Source: Azolla caroliniana (lineage: Eukaryota > Plantae > Polypodiophyta). From it: 64,000 bases of DNA. Made by a program: the position numbers and the translations under genes. How positions within the stretch are numbered: position 1 is the first letter of the stretch; every line of letters starts with the position of its first letter. Below, piece after piece: positions 37,832 through 50,935 of the stretch. The notes below the pieces were generated by a model that had not been told where the DNA came from, did no database searches, and saw only the letters and a program-made list of their open reading frames with translations. The stretch spans positions 7,750,001-7,814,000 of the forward strand of contig JBHGNT010000010.1 of the NCBI GenBank assembly GCA_043228905.1. The letters run 5' to 3'.

Positions 37832-40800
37832 TTAAGAAAACAACTTCTGGTTCAAGTCTTCAGATGCATTGAAGTCGTCTCCTGTTCCTATATCTATAAG
37901 AACAAAAAAATCAAATAGCTTTTTAGGGAACAGCAAACTTACCATTTACTACAACATTAATTTATTCTGACATTAGAATGTACTGGATAGAAACTATCAC
38001 TCATAAAAAATAAATAAAGATGAGTAATAACAAGAAGAAAATCCACTAAAATGTTTAGCAGGACTGAGAGATTGTAGACAAAGAAAAGTAAATGTGGCAA
38101 CAAGAAATCTTCAAATATTTTTTACATATTGTACATTACCTCATAAACGTACATATATAGATCAAGATATTAACAGATAATGATATATAAACATGCACAC
38201 ATCTACAAATGCGTAAATATATCATATATCCACTGCATATAGCCCCCATCTCAGTCAACTCACTTGCCCCCACCATCCTTCCAATCCACCATTTCACGTA
38301 TAAACATGCACACGTCTACGAATGCGTAAATATATCAGAGGTTTTGACTTGTTCACATGTCATGCGGTGCTGCATGTGGCCCATATCTCCGTCAGCTCAC
38401 TTGTCCCCATCATCGTTCCAATCCAATCCACCATTTCATATATAGACATGCACACATCTACCATACACATAGTTTTTTGATTTCTTATGTCATGCGCTGT
38501 GTATGGCCCATCCCTGTCAGCTCACTTATTCCCATCCTCATTACACCATTTCATGTTACTATCTAGTATTAGTTATACATGGCTCTCCATGATACACATT
38601 ATACCTCCATATTTTTAAATGAAATAATAGATGCAGCTCTATGGTATCTACCTGACCATCAATGAGTGGAAATCAAAGAATGTTTCCCATAACATTCCAT
38701 ACCCAAGCATTTACACATGGACATTAATGTGGATGACAAGAGAACAAAAAATACTAATATCTCAGAACAAGTGAATATAACTGAGACGTACATTTAGAAT
38801 TTATACCAACATCCAATTTGAGATGTTATTAGCTGGTTTAAGATTTTATTTGCATCTAGTCATGAACAAATTTCTACATTTCAGCTGTTTCTGGAAGTTT
38901 TTCCAGGATACAGCTCTTCCTTCCCCAATCTCATTGTCTTCCTAAACTTGTCCCATTCCTAAGTCCCAGGCAGTCCTAAACTGCACTACATCAACTATGG
39001 ACTTGTCCATAAATAACCAGCTTATTACAGCAAATTACTCATTACCACTGGTAATGGTTTCCTCTGCGCATATGTTTGGAAGATCTTCCCACATATGCAG
39101 ATACCCTAGGTTTTTTGCTTCTAGCTTAAATGTTTTGAAGATGAACTTACATATTTTGCTGCCACAGCACCATTACCATCTCTTACATGTATGTAAGCTA
39201 TTCCCACTTCTCTTAACAACATTCCACCATTTAGAGAGAGTTTTTCTCAGGGTACTAGAGCAGGCTCTGATAGACCCCCTGGATGCACGTGCTTCAAATC
39301 GAGTTTGCAGGATTTGTGCTTTGCAGTAAAGTTTCAGTCAGTCTCCTTTAGGTTGCATAGAACTTGTTGAGGCTGCAAGGATCTTGAAAGACTTTATCAA
39401 TGATTGGCCCATCTAGGGGTCAGCAAACCTATGAGAATAGACTTTTTATCCGATCATTTTTCTCCCATACATTCAGCTAGTTTTTGTATTGTTTAAACTA
39501 TTGATAGTTTAAGCTGTGACAGGCCCTTGCCATTGCATGAAGAATCCAATTGTCTTCTGCTCTTTAGCAAACACCATTTTAAGTAACTTGTCCATCTCTA
39601 TTGATGCATGCCTTGGTTGGGTTGCCAATTGAAAGAAGCTTGGTGATCTTTGGTAGATTTTCTACTCGTGATTATGACTTGTCAGTAGGTTCAGTTGTTC
39701 ATCGATCATTTCCAGAATTCTGATAGTCATGAAAAATGGTGTCAAGTCTTGGCATTACCAGTTTGTACTACCCTCCCTCCATACAAGCTGCAGCATATCT
39801 TACATAAATTTAGGATTATGTATTGTAAATCAGTGTGTATGCATAGTACATATTCTCTCAGCTCTATTCTGTAATTTCTTACCTTTCTCAATGTTTCATT
39901 CATTGTCTTCAAGTAACATCTAATTTTAGAGAGATGAATAGCAATCTACGATATTTACCATAAAATTCAATAACTTGCCAGCTTCAATTTAGCCATCCCA
40001 ATGTGATAAAAATTGGCACTTTCTTTACATTACATTCATGTCCATCCATACAAGGTATAGAACGCATTCCATCAATCCATACAAGGTAAGGTACGATATA
40101 GAGAGGTGCACAAAATCATGACAAATAATGTGTTCTGCTTTCTACATCAATCTAACAACATCCATGCATGGAAAGACACCATAATAGGAGGGGAGGGAGC
40201 CTCACATCCACGGCATCCATGTAAAATCAGCAGCCAATTAGACAGGAGATGAAAGCATAGCATCTACAATATCTACATGACATCACGCCTACAGGTTATA
40301 GCAAAATGTAGCACATTAGAAGGGGAGAAAATAGTTCACAACTATGGATTCCAAGGTTCAAGAGTTACTTACAAATGACCTGCTTAATGTAACTACATAT
40401 AAGCGATACGTTTTATGCTTATCAGTACAAAATATCAAGTTCGTTTTGAATAGCTCATTAAGAGCCTTTTCCAAGCATTGAAATTCTCTAGCTGTCATTG
40501 AGTAGTACGCAATGCCCTTGGTATAACCACGTTGAAGGGTATGGAAGCCCTTTTCTATGGGGTGGCTCTACTTCAAATTTCAATAATAGCGCAGTTATCT
40601 TGGAAAAAATATAACTCCTTGGTTTACATGTAAATAATTATAGAATCACGAAACGGTTTGTTTGTATACTGCCATCTTTTTACACCTATTTGAGATCAAG
40701 TAGGGCAGCAGCTTTATATCATGAAGACTAAATTTGCACTGTTTTTCATGAAATAGATATATTTTTGCCTAATTGAAGCTCATATTACTGACAAACTACA

Positions 40801-42203
40801 ATAAGGAACACATCAGCAAGAGCATATACTAACAACACACTAGACACAGAAAGGAATCTAGTAGCTTGGAGGTACCTGATTGTAACTGATCATTCCACTC
40901 TTGGATCACCTGCATTAGTAAAAAGGCAAATTAAAGAAGATAATATATTTCATCTTCAAATTATCTAATCTTTGATCGTTGGAATATTCACCTTCATGAA
41001 TGAGCAGTATATATCATCATCAGCATCACACGAAATTGGCGCACCAGTTCGAGCATACATGCGCCGAGCTACTGCTCGATTGCCAATCAGAACCTCTTTT
41101 GTCTTGTCAATGAGATCCTATGTCAGAAAAGTTAAATTAAGATAGAGAAGTGAGAAATATCAATTTTTAAAAACGATAATGAAAAACAAGGTATGTCTAC
41201 TAAAGCTGGACTGATTTGAGTACTTTTTTGGTAACCATAAGTTTGAGGAAGTACAAAAAAATCAAAACGTGGTAATCATATTAAAAAAACAGTACCAAAA
41301 ATCAAATATTACTAGCTCAAAAAAACAAGTTGAGGACTTGTTCAGAGGCTACACGATTGAGGAGTATAATGATCAAAATATAGTAATCAAAACTGCAAAA
41401 AATATATTTTGGAATTAAAATATGGCAAAAGCAAGCTGTGTATTTGATGGCATATAAGATTTAGTGCGAGATAATTTAATTTCAAAAGCAGTATAAAAAA
41501 TCAAATATGGCTACTAAATTTAAAAATTTCCCAAAGCATATTATGTACTTGCTTGGTAGCTAGAAGATTAAAAAGTACAATGGATTCAAAAACTAGTAGA
41601 GTTTTCGGGCTACAATATTCTTTCTAGATATGGCAAACAGAACTCAAAAGGAGCAGTAAATTAAAATTAACCTCTACTGAAATTCAAGAAACTAACTGAG
41701 AACGTACTTGCTTGGCATCCATAAGCTTTTCACAGTCATGTTCAATCTGTGGAAGTTCATCTTGAATTTTCTTGATGCGTATTAGAAGCTTAAATGGATC
41801 CACCTGCCAAATCCATGAAAAAAAATTCAAGTTAAAACATAACAATAGGAAACCATGGGTATAGAGCGGAAAAATATACATCACGCAGCACAAAAAGATA
41901 AAGGAAGACAAGTTCATGAAAACGGACAAACCTGCTTTCCACTGAATTCTGTCTCTAGTTTTCCTTGCACATACTGTAGGAATGTGGTAAGAGGAAGAGC
42001 GGGTAGAAGGAAAAAAAAAACACGAAGTCAAGATCGTTATGAGAGAAAGGAAACGAAGCCAAAACGTTCAGAGATGCGAAATAAAAATAAAAATGCAAGA
42101 AACGAAGTAGGAAATGAGGAGGAGGAGATCATACGGAGAGGTCATTCTTGGCTTTGATGAAGATCTGCTCGAGGCTGTCGATGGCGATGGCGGATGTCTT
42201 CAT
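37832..42203 (-). CDS. SKA2: Spindle and kinetochore-associated protein 2 homolog, 142 aa
   Basis: Exons 42203-42135, 41973-41932, 41803-41708, 41117-40992, 40909-40876 and 37893-37832 (GT-AG, 429 nt). Protein MKTSAIAIDSLEQIFIKAKNDLS-YVQGKLETEF...DPFKLLIRIKKIQDEL...AKQDLIDK...VIQEW...EDLNQKLFS matches plant SKA2 motifs. Confidence 0.88.
38183..38560. repeat. Diverged ~115-140-bp tandem repeat (3 units) in SKA2 intron 5
   Basis: TATArACATGCACACrTCTAC...GCCCCATCTCAGTCArCTCACTT recurs near 38185, 38298 and 38440. Confidence 0.75.
38870..39990 (-). mobile_element. Probable heavily degraded L1 LINE ORF2 fragment in SKA2 intron 5
   Basis: Minus-strand Trp-rich, coding-like remnants. No clean diagnostic motif, so the assignment is tentative. 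Confidence 0.3.
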
Positions 42204-43044
42204 CAAAGTTACAGTTGAGGGGAGTGCAACGTATTCTTCGTTTGCCGCCACAAAAATCGCCGAAGGATCTCCCGAGTAATGATCATACTATACTATACTG
42301 TACTGTACTGTAAACACCGGAGAAAGCACGCAGAAACAGAGAAGGAGGAGCCCGCAGAGAAACACAGAGACAGAGAGACGAAGCACATTCAAAAATTTCC
42401 CCCCCCCCCAAAAAAGTTTTCTCTCTGCTTTTTTTTTTTCCTTTTTTAAAACACTTTATTCACTTCACTTTTTTTCTTTTTCCTTTTTCTTTTATTTTAG
42501 ATAAAACAACATTGGACGGTCCCGATCGTCTAGAATTTTCCGAGACGAGTTCAGGGCCGTCCAAGCCCTAGATTCACGAACTCTCACTATTTAATGTTTA
42601 TGTATCAAATAGTGACGAGGCACTCACCACTCGTTCCGACCGGTCAAGTCAAGTCAGGTTGGGTCAATTCTGGTCGGGTCAGGGCAGGGCAGCTCAGACG
42701 GCCATTTGTTCGAAACTAAACGATCTCTCTCTAAGTAATGTACATAATGTAAACACTCGAGAGTCGAGACTCGTTCTGTCATGTCAGGTCCGGTCAAGTT
42801 AGGTCAAATGCACTTAAAATATTTCATATTAAGAAAGAGTGTGCAATGTGCATAGAAGGTTCTTAGCATCTATCATCAAATGCACTTAAAATATTTCATA
42901 TGATTTCTGGCATACAAATTCACTAATTCAATGTGGGATGAAAGGTCCTCATGTAAAGTTGGTTCTCAAACACGTGCACAACACACCTCATGCCAATTCT
43001 AGAGTTATTTACAGACACTTAAATCATTTGGAACAAATTGGTAT

Positions 43045-43491
43045 TGTTAGAGCTAGATCCTAATGTCAACATAGGATAAGGAAATATAAATAGATAAGAG
43101 AGGAGAGGAGAGTGAGAAAGAAGGGTGTCGACCCACCCGGCCGAAGGGATCGAGACGGACTCGAGCCTCGATCGACATCCCATACCACCGTCGTGGCATC
43201 AAGTCGCACCTGGTACTGGCGCGCTCGCTTCAAGAGTTGAGCACCATGAGGACAGAGTCTTGACGTAGTCGATAATGTGTCAAATGAGGGTAGTTAGGCC
43301 TCATATTTATAACCAGACCTAAGGCCCCCGTGCAAGTTCACACTTGGCCTTTATGGGTTGTCTCAGTCCCAACTATTAAAAGTAATCCTTCCCTTCTTTA
43401 CACTCTTGTTTAACCCTTACACTTTATCCACATATATAGAATACTACGGTACAATCTTACCACGGGATATTATATGGTCATGCCCGTAACA
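43045..43491. mobile_element. Solo LTR (447 bp)
   Basis: TGTTA...TAACA termini with a perfect 5-bp TSD GGTAT (43040-43044 and 43492-43496). Confidence 0.88.
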
Positions 43492-44214
43492 GGTATAACT
43501 AATGACATCCCTATAAAACTTTAATGGCATAATTAATGGCCCTCAACAAAAAAGTCATTTGGTTTGAGTTTAAAAAGAAATTCTTATAATATATCTTATT
43601 TATACTTATCAAATATGTGCGTATATGTTTTATTCAATTCTTTAGAGCACCAACAAATGTTACATCTTAGATCAAAGCTAATCTATGCTTCAATGGTAGC
43701 GACACCAACTTCAAGGCCTGCACAAACACCAACACCTGCTTCTGTTACCGATTAGGAACACGGTCTACAGTCAGTCCTTCGACCTAGACCTCAAAGTGAT
43801 TGTGTTGCAGCAAATGGTATCGTCGTAGCATAATACTTAGTGGGATACCTCCCGTATCCTAGTAGCGTATAAGGGAGACGGCTACTACCGAACTCCTTAG
43901 ACAATGGACTAGCAACCACACTGTTACTCACGCCTACACTCTTACGACTACGCTACGCCACCCAAGAATCACAGACACACAGTAGATTAACCACAGATAC
44001 ACACAGGAATCGGAGAAGATAGAACTCTATTAAAATACGCCTTTTACATTCAAAATTACATGCTACCTCTATCAAAGGTTTTCTGCCCTTTATATACGTA
44101 GGGTCTTTTAGTCGTTCACGCTTCCCACGTGAACCATTTACATGCGTTACAATATTACTCTATTCTATATTACTGCGCTCTTGTCCGTCGGTTACTATTC
44201 CGGCGGACAACACC

Positions 44215-44255
44215 TGGCACGCCTGTGGGACAGTGCCATGGCATGTCGAACCCAC
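44215..44255 (-). other. Split tRNA-Arg(UCU) 3'-end-like motif at the PPT position
   Basis: Minus strand reads GTGGGTTCGA-catgccatggcact-GTCCCACAGGCGTGCCA-gg-TGTTG(LTR). The plus strand reads as a PBS, TGGCACGCCTGTGGGAC. Confidence 0.75.
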
Positions 44256-45622
44256 CCCTTTAATGTTCCTCCAAAATGGCCCTGATGTTTGGTTCTGCTA
44301 CGGTGTCCGAGTCCGGGGACGGCGTAGGGCCCGTAGGTGCGTCGTTGTGTGGTTCCCTTGCTTGGTCGGGAGGGCTTCCCATGGTGTCGTTGGCGTCCTG
44401 TGTGGGAGGTCCGGGTTCTACTGGCTCTTCTTGGGCTATTGGTATTGGTTCAGCCATCCACGGGCTTGCGGTAGGTCGTGGCTCTGTTTCGTCCGTCATT
44501 TCCTCCGTGATGTTGGTCGTCGGTGTATGCTCTAGAGAGTGGGGTTGCGGTTCCTCTTAGTCTGAAACGTCCTCCGTGATGTCGGACGTAAGCGTATGCT
44601 CCGGTGGGTGAGGTTCCTCTTGGTCGGTGGTTTCGTTGTTTGGTATTGCGGGGGACTCCGCTCGCCATTCTGTGCTGTTCACCGTAGTGGTAATTTCTGG
44701 TGACATGGCCTAAGGTTCCTCTTGTTCGGCAGTATCCGAAATTGGTATCGCGATGGATTCCTTGTTTGTTCGTGTGCTGCCGGCTTGCATGTTCTAGTAA
44801 AACATGTCCTCTTGACTTTCGCCAAAATCATCTAGTAGTTGCACGAGTTCCTCGGAATGTTGGTCCGCTAGCGTGCGATAGTCCTGCGTTAGGTCCTCGC
44901 GTACTGCCGCAATGCTTTCCTCATTGAGTTTGTAGAACCCTAGGCCGTCTTTCCTTCGGTTCTCCTAGTCCGCCTGGTACGTATGCAATTCCGCCGCTTG
45001 TGCAGCCCACGCCATCCATCCTTTGTCTAGCGCCGATTTTAATTGCGCAGTAAACCTCTCCCGATTCGTTTGCAGAAGGATGCAAACGTTGTCTGTTATG
45101 GCTTGGCAACGGTTGCGTGCTTCTTCTAAAGATTTCTTGAGGTTTGCAATTTCTTCTTGACTAACCGCCGCCGCTTCCTCATAAGTGCTCCTCATCCTGC
45201 GTAGAGCTGAGATTCCTTCGAATGTAGTTCTTCCAGTTTTCCCATTTCATTGTTTAGGCAGATTTCTAGCTAATGTCTCCTCTCTTGTTCTCCAACCAGC
45301 TGCTCGTCGAACCATGCTTTCTTCTCCAATAAGGCCCGGAGTCCCGCGATTGCCACTTCCGATTTTTTCACTTCCTCCCGTAATTGGGCATTTTCTTCTT
45401 TTGTCTGGGTGTGCTGTGTTGTCTCCGCTGCGAGTTTCTCTTCAAGGGTCTTCACTGCCTTTCGGCCGTTGGCCCGGATGTTCTTTTCTCTATCCGAGGA
45501 CTGGTGAAGTTCGGCGCAAAGACGGTCAATCTCTAATTCCGCCAATTGCACGGCTTGTTTCAGTTTCGAGGCAATGGCGGTCTGAGCTTCAATTTCTTCC
45601 CTTAGGGCTTTGATGGTGTTGG

Positions 45623-48600
45623 TGTTGGGATTACGGTCCCTTTCGGATGGGATGGTCGGATATCGGAGATGAATGCCGACAAGCCCGGTTTCGGTTTCGG
45701 ATCCGGATGACGAAGACCCCGGTTTCGGTGCCGGATGACGAATGTCCCCGGAGAGCGATCCGGATGCAGGGACATATCCGTGAATATGTTCGCTATGGGC
45801 CTCTGAGGCTATAGTGGTAAATAGCCCAAAGTCATATAAGTATAAATATGACTTAGGGCAAACAGTTTTACTGTTGCTTCTCATTTTTCTGTTTTTCCAC
45901 TTTAGAGGAGTGAAGAGAGAGCAGCCGTGAGAGAGATAGAGCGTGAGAGAGGAAGAGGTCGACGCCTCTGTGTAATACCGCCGTCTGTGGCGAAGAAAGC
46001 GAGCTCAAGGTCGTTGCCTTGCAGCTCGCCATTTTATATTTCTCTGTGCATAGTTTGGTTTGGAGTCTCGCACTCCCGTGGTTTTTCCCGTATAGGGTTT
46101 TCCACGTTAATCCCTGTGTATCGTGTCTTTCTCTGTATTTCCTATTTTCTGCTCCATTAATTCGCGATTTCTCGGTTCTGGCCGAGTGGTGAAGGTGAAT
46201 CGAAGCGTTGATTCCCAACAAACTGGTATCAGAGCGAGTTGCTGCAGAAAATGGAAGGCGGCGGCAGCGGGCAGCCGGGGATGATGGTGCTGAATGCGCA
46301 GAATTACGCCGATTGGAAGATCAAGATGGAGGATCTTTTGATTGTTCGGGACCTGTACGAACCGATTGACAGGTCGGAAATACCGAAGGGTGTACTTGAG
46401 TCGGAGTGGAAGCTCCTGAACCGGAAAGCCGTAGCGACGATCCGACAATATGTCGATGTAAGCGTCCTACAACATGTGGCGAACGACACCAACGCATATG
46501 AGATGTGGAAGAAGCTGTCGGGCCTCTACGAGAGGAAGAATGCGTTGAACCGGACCTCCCTGATGAGGAAGATAGTGAATCTCAAGTACCGGGACGGCGA
46601 GAGTATGGTGGAACACGTAAGCACGTTCATGGGATTCGTGAATCAGCTTGCGGCGATCAAGTTCCCGTTGGAGGATGCAATGCAAGCCATCATCCTGATG
46701 TGTACATTGCCGGAAAGCTGGGAGAACTTGGTGGTGACTCTCAGCACCTCCTGCACAGAAGATAACTTGTCCTTACAAACGGTAAAGACAAGTATTTTGA
46801 ACGAAGAAGCGCGTCGGAGAGATAAAGAACCGGCCTCCGACTCGAAGGCGTTGCTTACCGAATCGGATCGGGGAAGACAATGGAACCGGAGTCCGCAAAG
46901 ACGGGAGAAGTCGGGGACCCGATCGCAGTCAAGAGGAAGGCCCACATGCTTCCACTGTGGGAAGCCGGGGCACTTCCGAAAGAATTGTCGGCATTACCGA
47001 AAAGACAACGGAGCCGACGACACCGATTCGAAGAAGTCACCGGAGAGAAACGGTGCATACCGGGGAGCCACGGACCGGAGAGGTTCGGATCGGCGAGGGC
47101 AGGACCGGAAAGGAACGACGGCACTCGCGGCAAGTGAAGAGGAGATCATGCTCATCACCGAAGAAGGTGAACTAAACATTGCCGGCGATGAGACGACCTG
47201 GGTGGTCGATTCCGGAGCATCGTTCCACCTGACCCCGGAAAGAAGATACTTTTCATCCTACACAGCCGGTGAGCATGGCTGTGTTCGGATGGGAAATGAA
47301 GGTACGTGCCGGATTGCCGGCATCGGAGACGTGTGGTTGACAACCCCGACCGGATGCAAAATGCTGCTGAAGGATGTTCGACACGTTCCGGAGGTTCGAT
47401 TGAACCTGATTTCGGCCGGGAGGCTAGACGATGAAGGCTACACAGGTAGCATCCGGAACGGCGTAATGAAGTTCAGCAAGGGGAGCCTGATAGTGGCTCG
47501 GGCTCGGAAAGTCAACACACTGTACTTGATGAATGCCCGATTATGTCCGGAAGAGCTGAACGTGGCAGCCGACACTGCCGGTGAGCTGTGGCACAAGAGA
47601 CTGTGCCACATGAGTGAGAAGGGGATGAAGAGGCTTGCAGAAGACAACCTCATTCCAGTGAAGCATGTGCACCTGGAGAAGTGCACCGATTGCCTGGCCG
47701 GTAAGCAGAACCGAGCCTCCTTCCACTCAAGGCCACCGACGAGACGTAGCGCACCATTGGAGTTGGTGCACACTGATGTGTGTCAGGTAGAAACGAAGTC
47801 ACATGGCGGAGCCCAGTACTTCGTAACATTCATTGATGATCACAGCCGGAAGCTGTGGACGGCACCGTTGAAGACAAAGGACCAAGTGTTGTGCGTCTTC
47901 AAAGAACTCCACGCGAGAGTGGAAAGGGAATCCGGCAAGAAGCTGAAAGCGATATGAGCGGATAATGGAGGGGAATACCGGGGGCAGTTCCAGGAGTACT
48001 GTCGCTCGAAGGGAATCCGACTCGAGTTTACTGTGCCGAAGACGCCGGAACTGAACGGGCTGGCCGAGAGGACGAACCGGACCATAATGGAGAGGGTCCG
48101 GAGTATGCTGGCACATGCGGAATTACCCAAGGGGTTTTGGGCTGAGGCGATGTCAACGGCGACATACGTGATAAACAGATCACCCTCAGTACCTTTGGAC
48201 GGAGACACGCCGCAGAGAGTGTGGACCGGTAGGGAAGTATCCTACCGGCATCTGAAGGTGTTCGGGTGTCTCGCATACGTGCATGTGGCAAAGGACCGGA
48301 GAGGAAAGCTAGATCCAAAGACCCGGCCATGCATATTCCTCGGTTACGGCGACGACGAGTTCGGCTACCGAGTATGGGACCCGGTCGACAAGAAGATATT
48401 CAGGAGTCGAGACATCATCTTCATGGAGGACAAGACACTCGCCGACTGGGAGTCGGAGAAGAAGATGAAGAGCTCCAAGTCGACCGGTGAGAATCAACTC
48501 TACGAGGAGCAGTCCCGACCGGCAAGGGACCGGTTAGCACTCGAGGATCCGGCCGAAGACGGTGAAGAAACAGAACCGGCCGAAGAAGATGAAAATGATA

Positions 48601-50935
48601 CCGGAACCGGCTCCGATCCCGAAATGGATTCGGATGAAGAAGAAGAATCGGAAGAACCGGTTACCGAAGCTCCCGAACGGAGATATCCTCTAAGAGAGAG
48701 AAGGGCCCCCCGGAGATTTCCGGAACCAGAGCACGTGCTGCTAACCGACGAGGGGGAGCCGGAGAGCTTTGAAGAAGCAAAGCACGACACCCAGAGCCGC
48801 AGGTGGTTGAGTGCCATGCAGGACGAGATGGATTCCCTGCATGAGAACCACACATATGAACTTGTGGAGTTGCCGAAAGGAAAGCGGGCACTTCGAAACA
48901 AGTGGGTGTTCAAGCTGAAACCGGGAGATGCCGGAAACCCCCCGAGATACAAAGCCAGGATCGTGGTGAAGGGGTTTCAGCAGAAGAAGGGCGTCGACTT
49001 CGACGAGATATTTGCCCCAGTAGTGAAGATGACCTCCATCCGGACGGTGCTGAGCATAGCGGCAAGCATGGACCTCGAGGTAGAACAGATGGACGTGAAG
49101 ACGGCATTCCTTCACGGTGACCTCGATGAAGAGATCTACATGCAGCAACCGGAAGGATTCGAGAAGAAAGGGAAGGAGCACCTGGTATGCCGGCTGAAGA
49201 AGAGCCTTTACGGACTGAAGCAGGCTCCCCGGCAATGGTACCGGAAGTTCGACTCCTTCATGACCGACGAAGGGTACCTCAAAACGCAGTCCGACCACTG
49301 CGTGTTTGTGAAGAAATTCGAAGGAGGAGACTTTCTAATACTCCTCCTGTACGTGGACGACATGTTGATCGTCGGACGGAACCAGGTCAAGATACGGATG
49401 CTGAAGAAGGCTCTTCACCGAACCTTCTCAATGAAGGACCTGGGTCCGGCGAGGCAAATACTAGGGATGCACATCATCCGGGACCGGAAGAAGAAGCAGT
49501 TGTGGCTGTCACAGGAGAAGTACGTGACGAAGGTGCTTCACCGGTTCAACATGTCGGAAGCAAGACCGGTCGGATCGACCCTCCCGACAAACTGCAAGCT
49601 GTCCAGCAAGCAAAGTCCCAAGACAAAGGCTGAAAAGGAGGATATGATGAAAGTGCCGTATGCCTCAGCCGTCGGGAGCTTGATGTACGCCATGGTGTGT
49701 ACGAGACCGGACATCGGATATGCAGTCGGAGTGGTGAGCCGGTACATGAGCAATCCCGGCAAAGAGCATTGGAACGCGGCCAAGTGGATACTCCGATACC
49801 TGAAGGGCACGGCAAACGTGTGCCTCCGATTCGGCTCCGGAAAGCCCGAACTCGACGGCTTTACCGATTCGGATATGTCGGCTGATGCAGATACCAGCCG
49901 GTCCACATCAGGGTATGTGATGACGTATGCAGGGGGAGCTGTTTCGTGGCAGTCGAGGCTGCAGAAGACGGTTGCGTTGTCAACCACGGAGGCGGAGTAC
50001 ATGGCGGCTGTTGAAGCCGGCAAGGAAATAATATGGATGAAGGACTTCATTAGAGAGCTCGGTATCCGGCAGGAGGAGTACCGACTCTACTGCGACAGTC
50101 AGAGTGCAATCCACCTTGCAAAGAACGCGGCCTATCACTCCCGGACGAAGCACATCCAGCGAAGATATCACTGGATCCGGGAAAGGATAGAAGACAAGGA
50201 GTTCGTGCTGACGAAGATCCACACGGACGAGAACGGGTCGGATATGCTGACCAAGGTGCTCACACCCGACAAGCTGGAAGCATGCCGGAAGAGGATCGGA
50301 TTGGAGAGACATCCCATGCCGAAGTGAAGGGGGAGTTTGTTGGGATTACGGTCCCTTTCGGATGGGATGGTCGGATATCGGAGATGAATGCCGACAAGCC
50401 CGGTTTCGGTTTCGGATCCGAATGACGAAGACCCCAGTTTCGGTGCCGGATGACGAATGTCCCCGGAGAGCGATCCAGATGCAGGGACATATCCGTGAAT
50501 ATGTTCGCTATGGGCCTCTGAGGCTATAGTGGTAAATAGCCCAAAGTCATATAAGTATAAATATGACTTAGGGCAAACAGTTTTACTGTTGCTTCTCATT
50601 TTTCTGTTTTTCCACTTTAGAGGAGTGAAGAGAGAGCAGCCGTGAGAGAGATAGAGCGTGAGAGAGGAAGAGGTCGACGCCTCTGTGTAATACCGCCGTC
50701 TGTGGCGAAGAAAGCGAGCTCAAGGTCGTTGCCTTGCAGCTCGCCATTTTATATTTCTCTGTGCATAGTTTGGTTTGGAGTCTCGCACTCCCGTGGTTTT
50801 TCCCGTATAGGGTTTTCCACGTTAATCCCTGTGTATCGTGTCTTTCTCTGTATTTCCTATTTTCTGCTCCATTGATTCGCGATTTCTCGGTTCTGGCCGA
50901 GTGGTGAAGGTGAATCGAAGCGTTGATTCCCAACA
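45623..50935 (+). mobile_element. Full-length young Ty1/Copia retrotransposon (Tork/Tnt1-like)
   Basis: 598-bp LTRs at 45623-46220 and 50338-50935 (TG...CA; 4 mismatches found by eye), TSD GTTGG on both sides, PBS TGGTATCAGAGC (46224-46235, tRNA-iMet), PPT GAAGGGGGAG (50326-50335). Confidence 0.98.
46251..50327 (+). pseudogene. Copia gag-pol polyprotein with one in-frame stop
   Basis: Single frame: gag, CFHCGKPGHFRKNC, WVVDSGAS, HHCC, VHTDV/DNGGEY integrase, LLYVDDM RT, FTDSD RNase H. TGA at 47955-47957 in KLKAI*ADNGGEY, where R (CGA) is expected. Confidence 0.95.

Noticed and set aside
46304-50599. Numerous antisense and alternative-frame ORFs in the young Copia
   Set aside because: Expected shadow ORFs of a GC-rich coding sequence.
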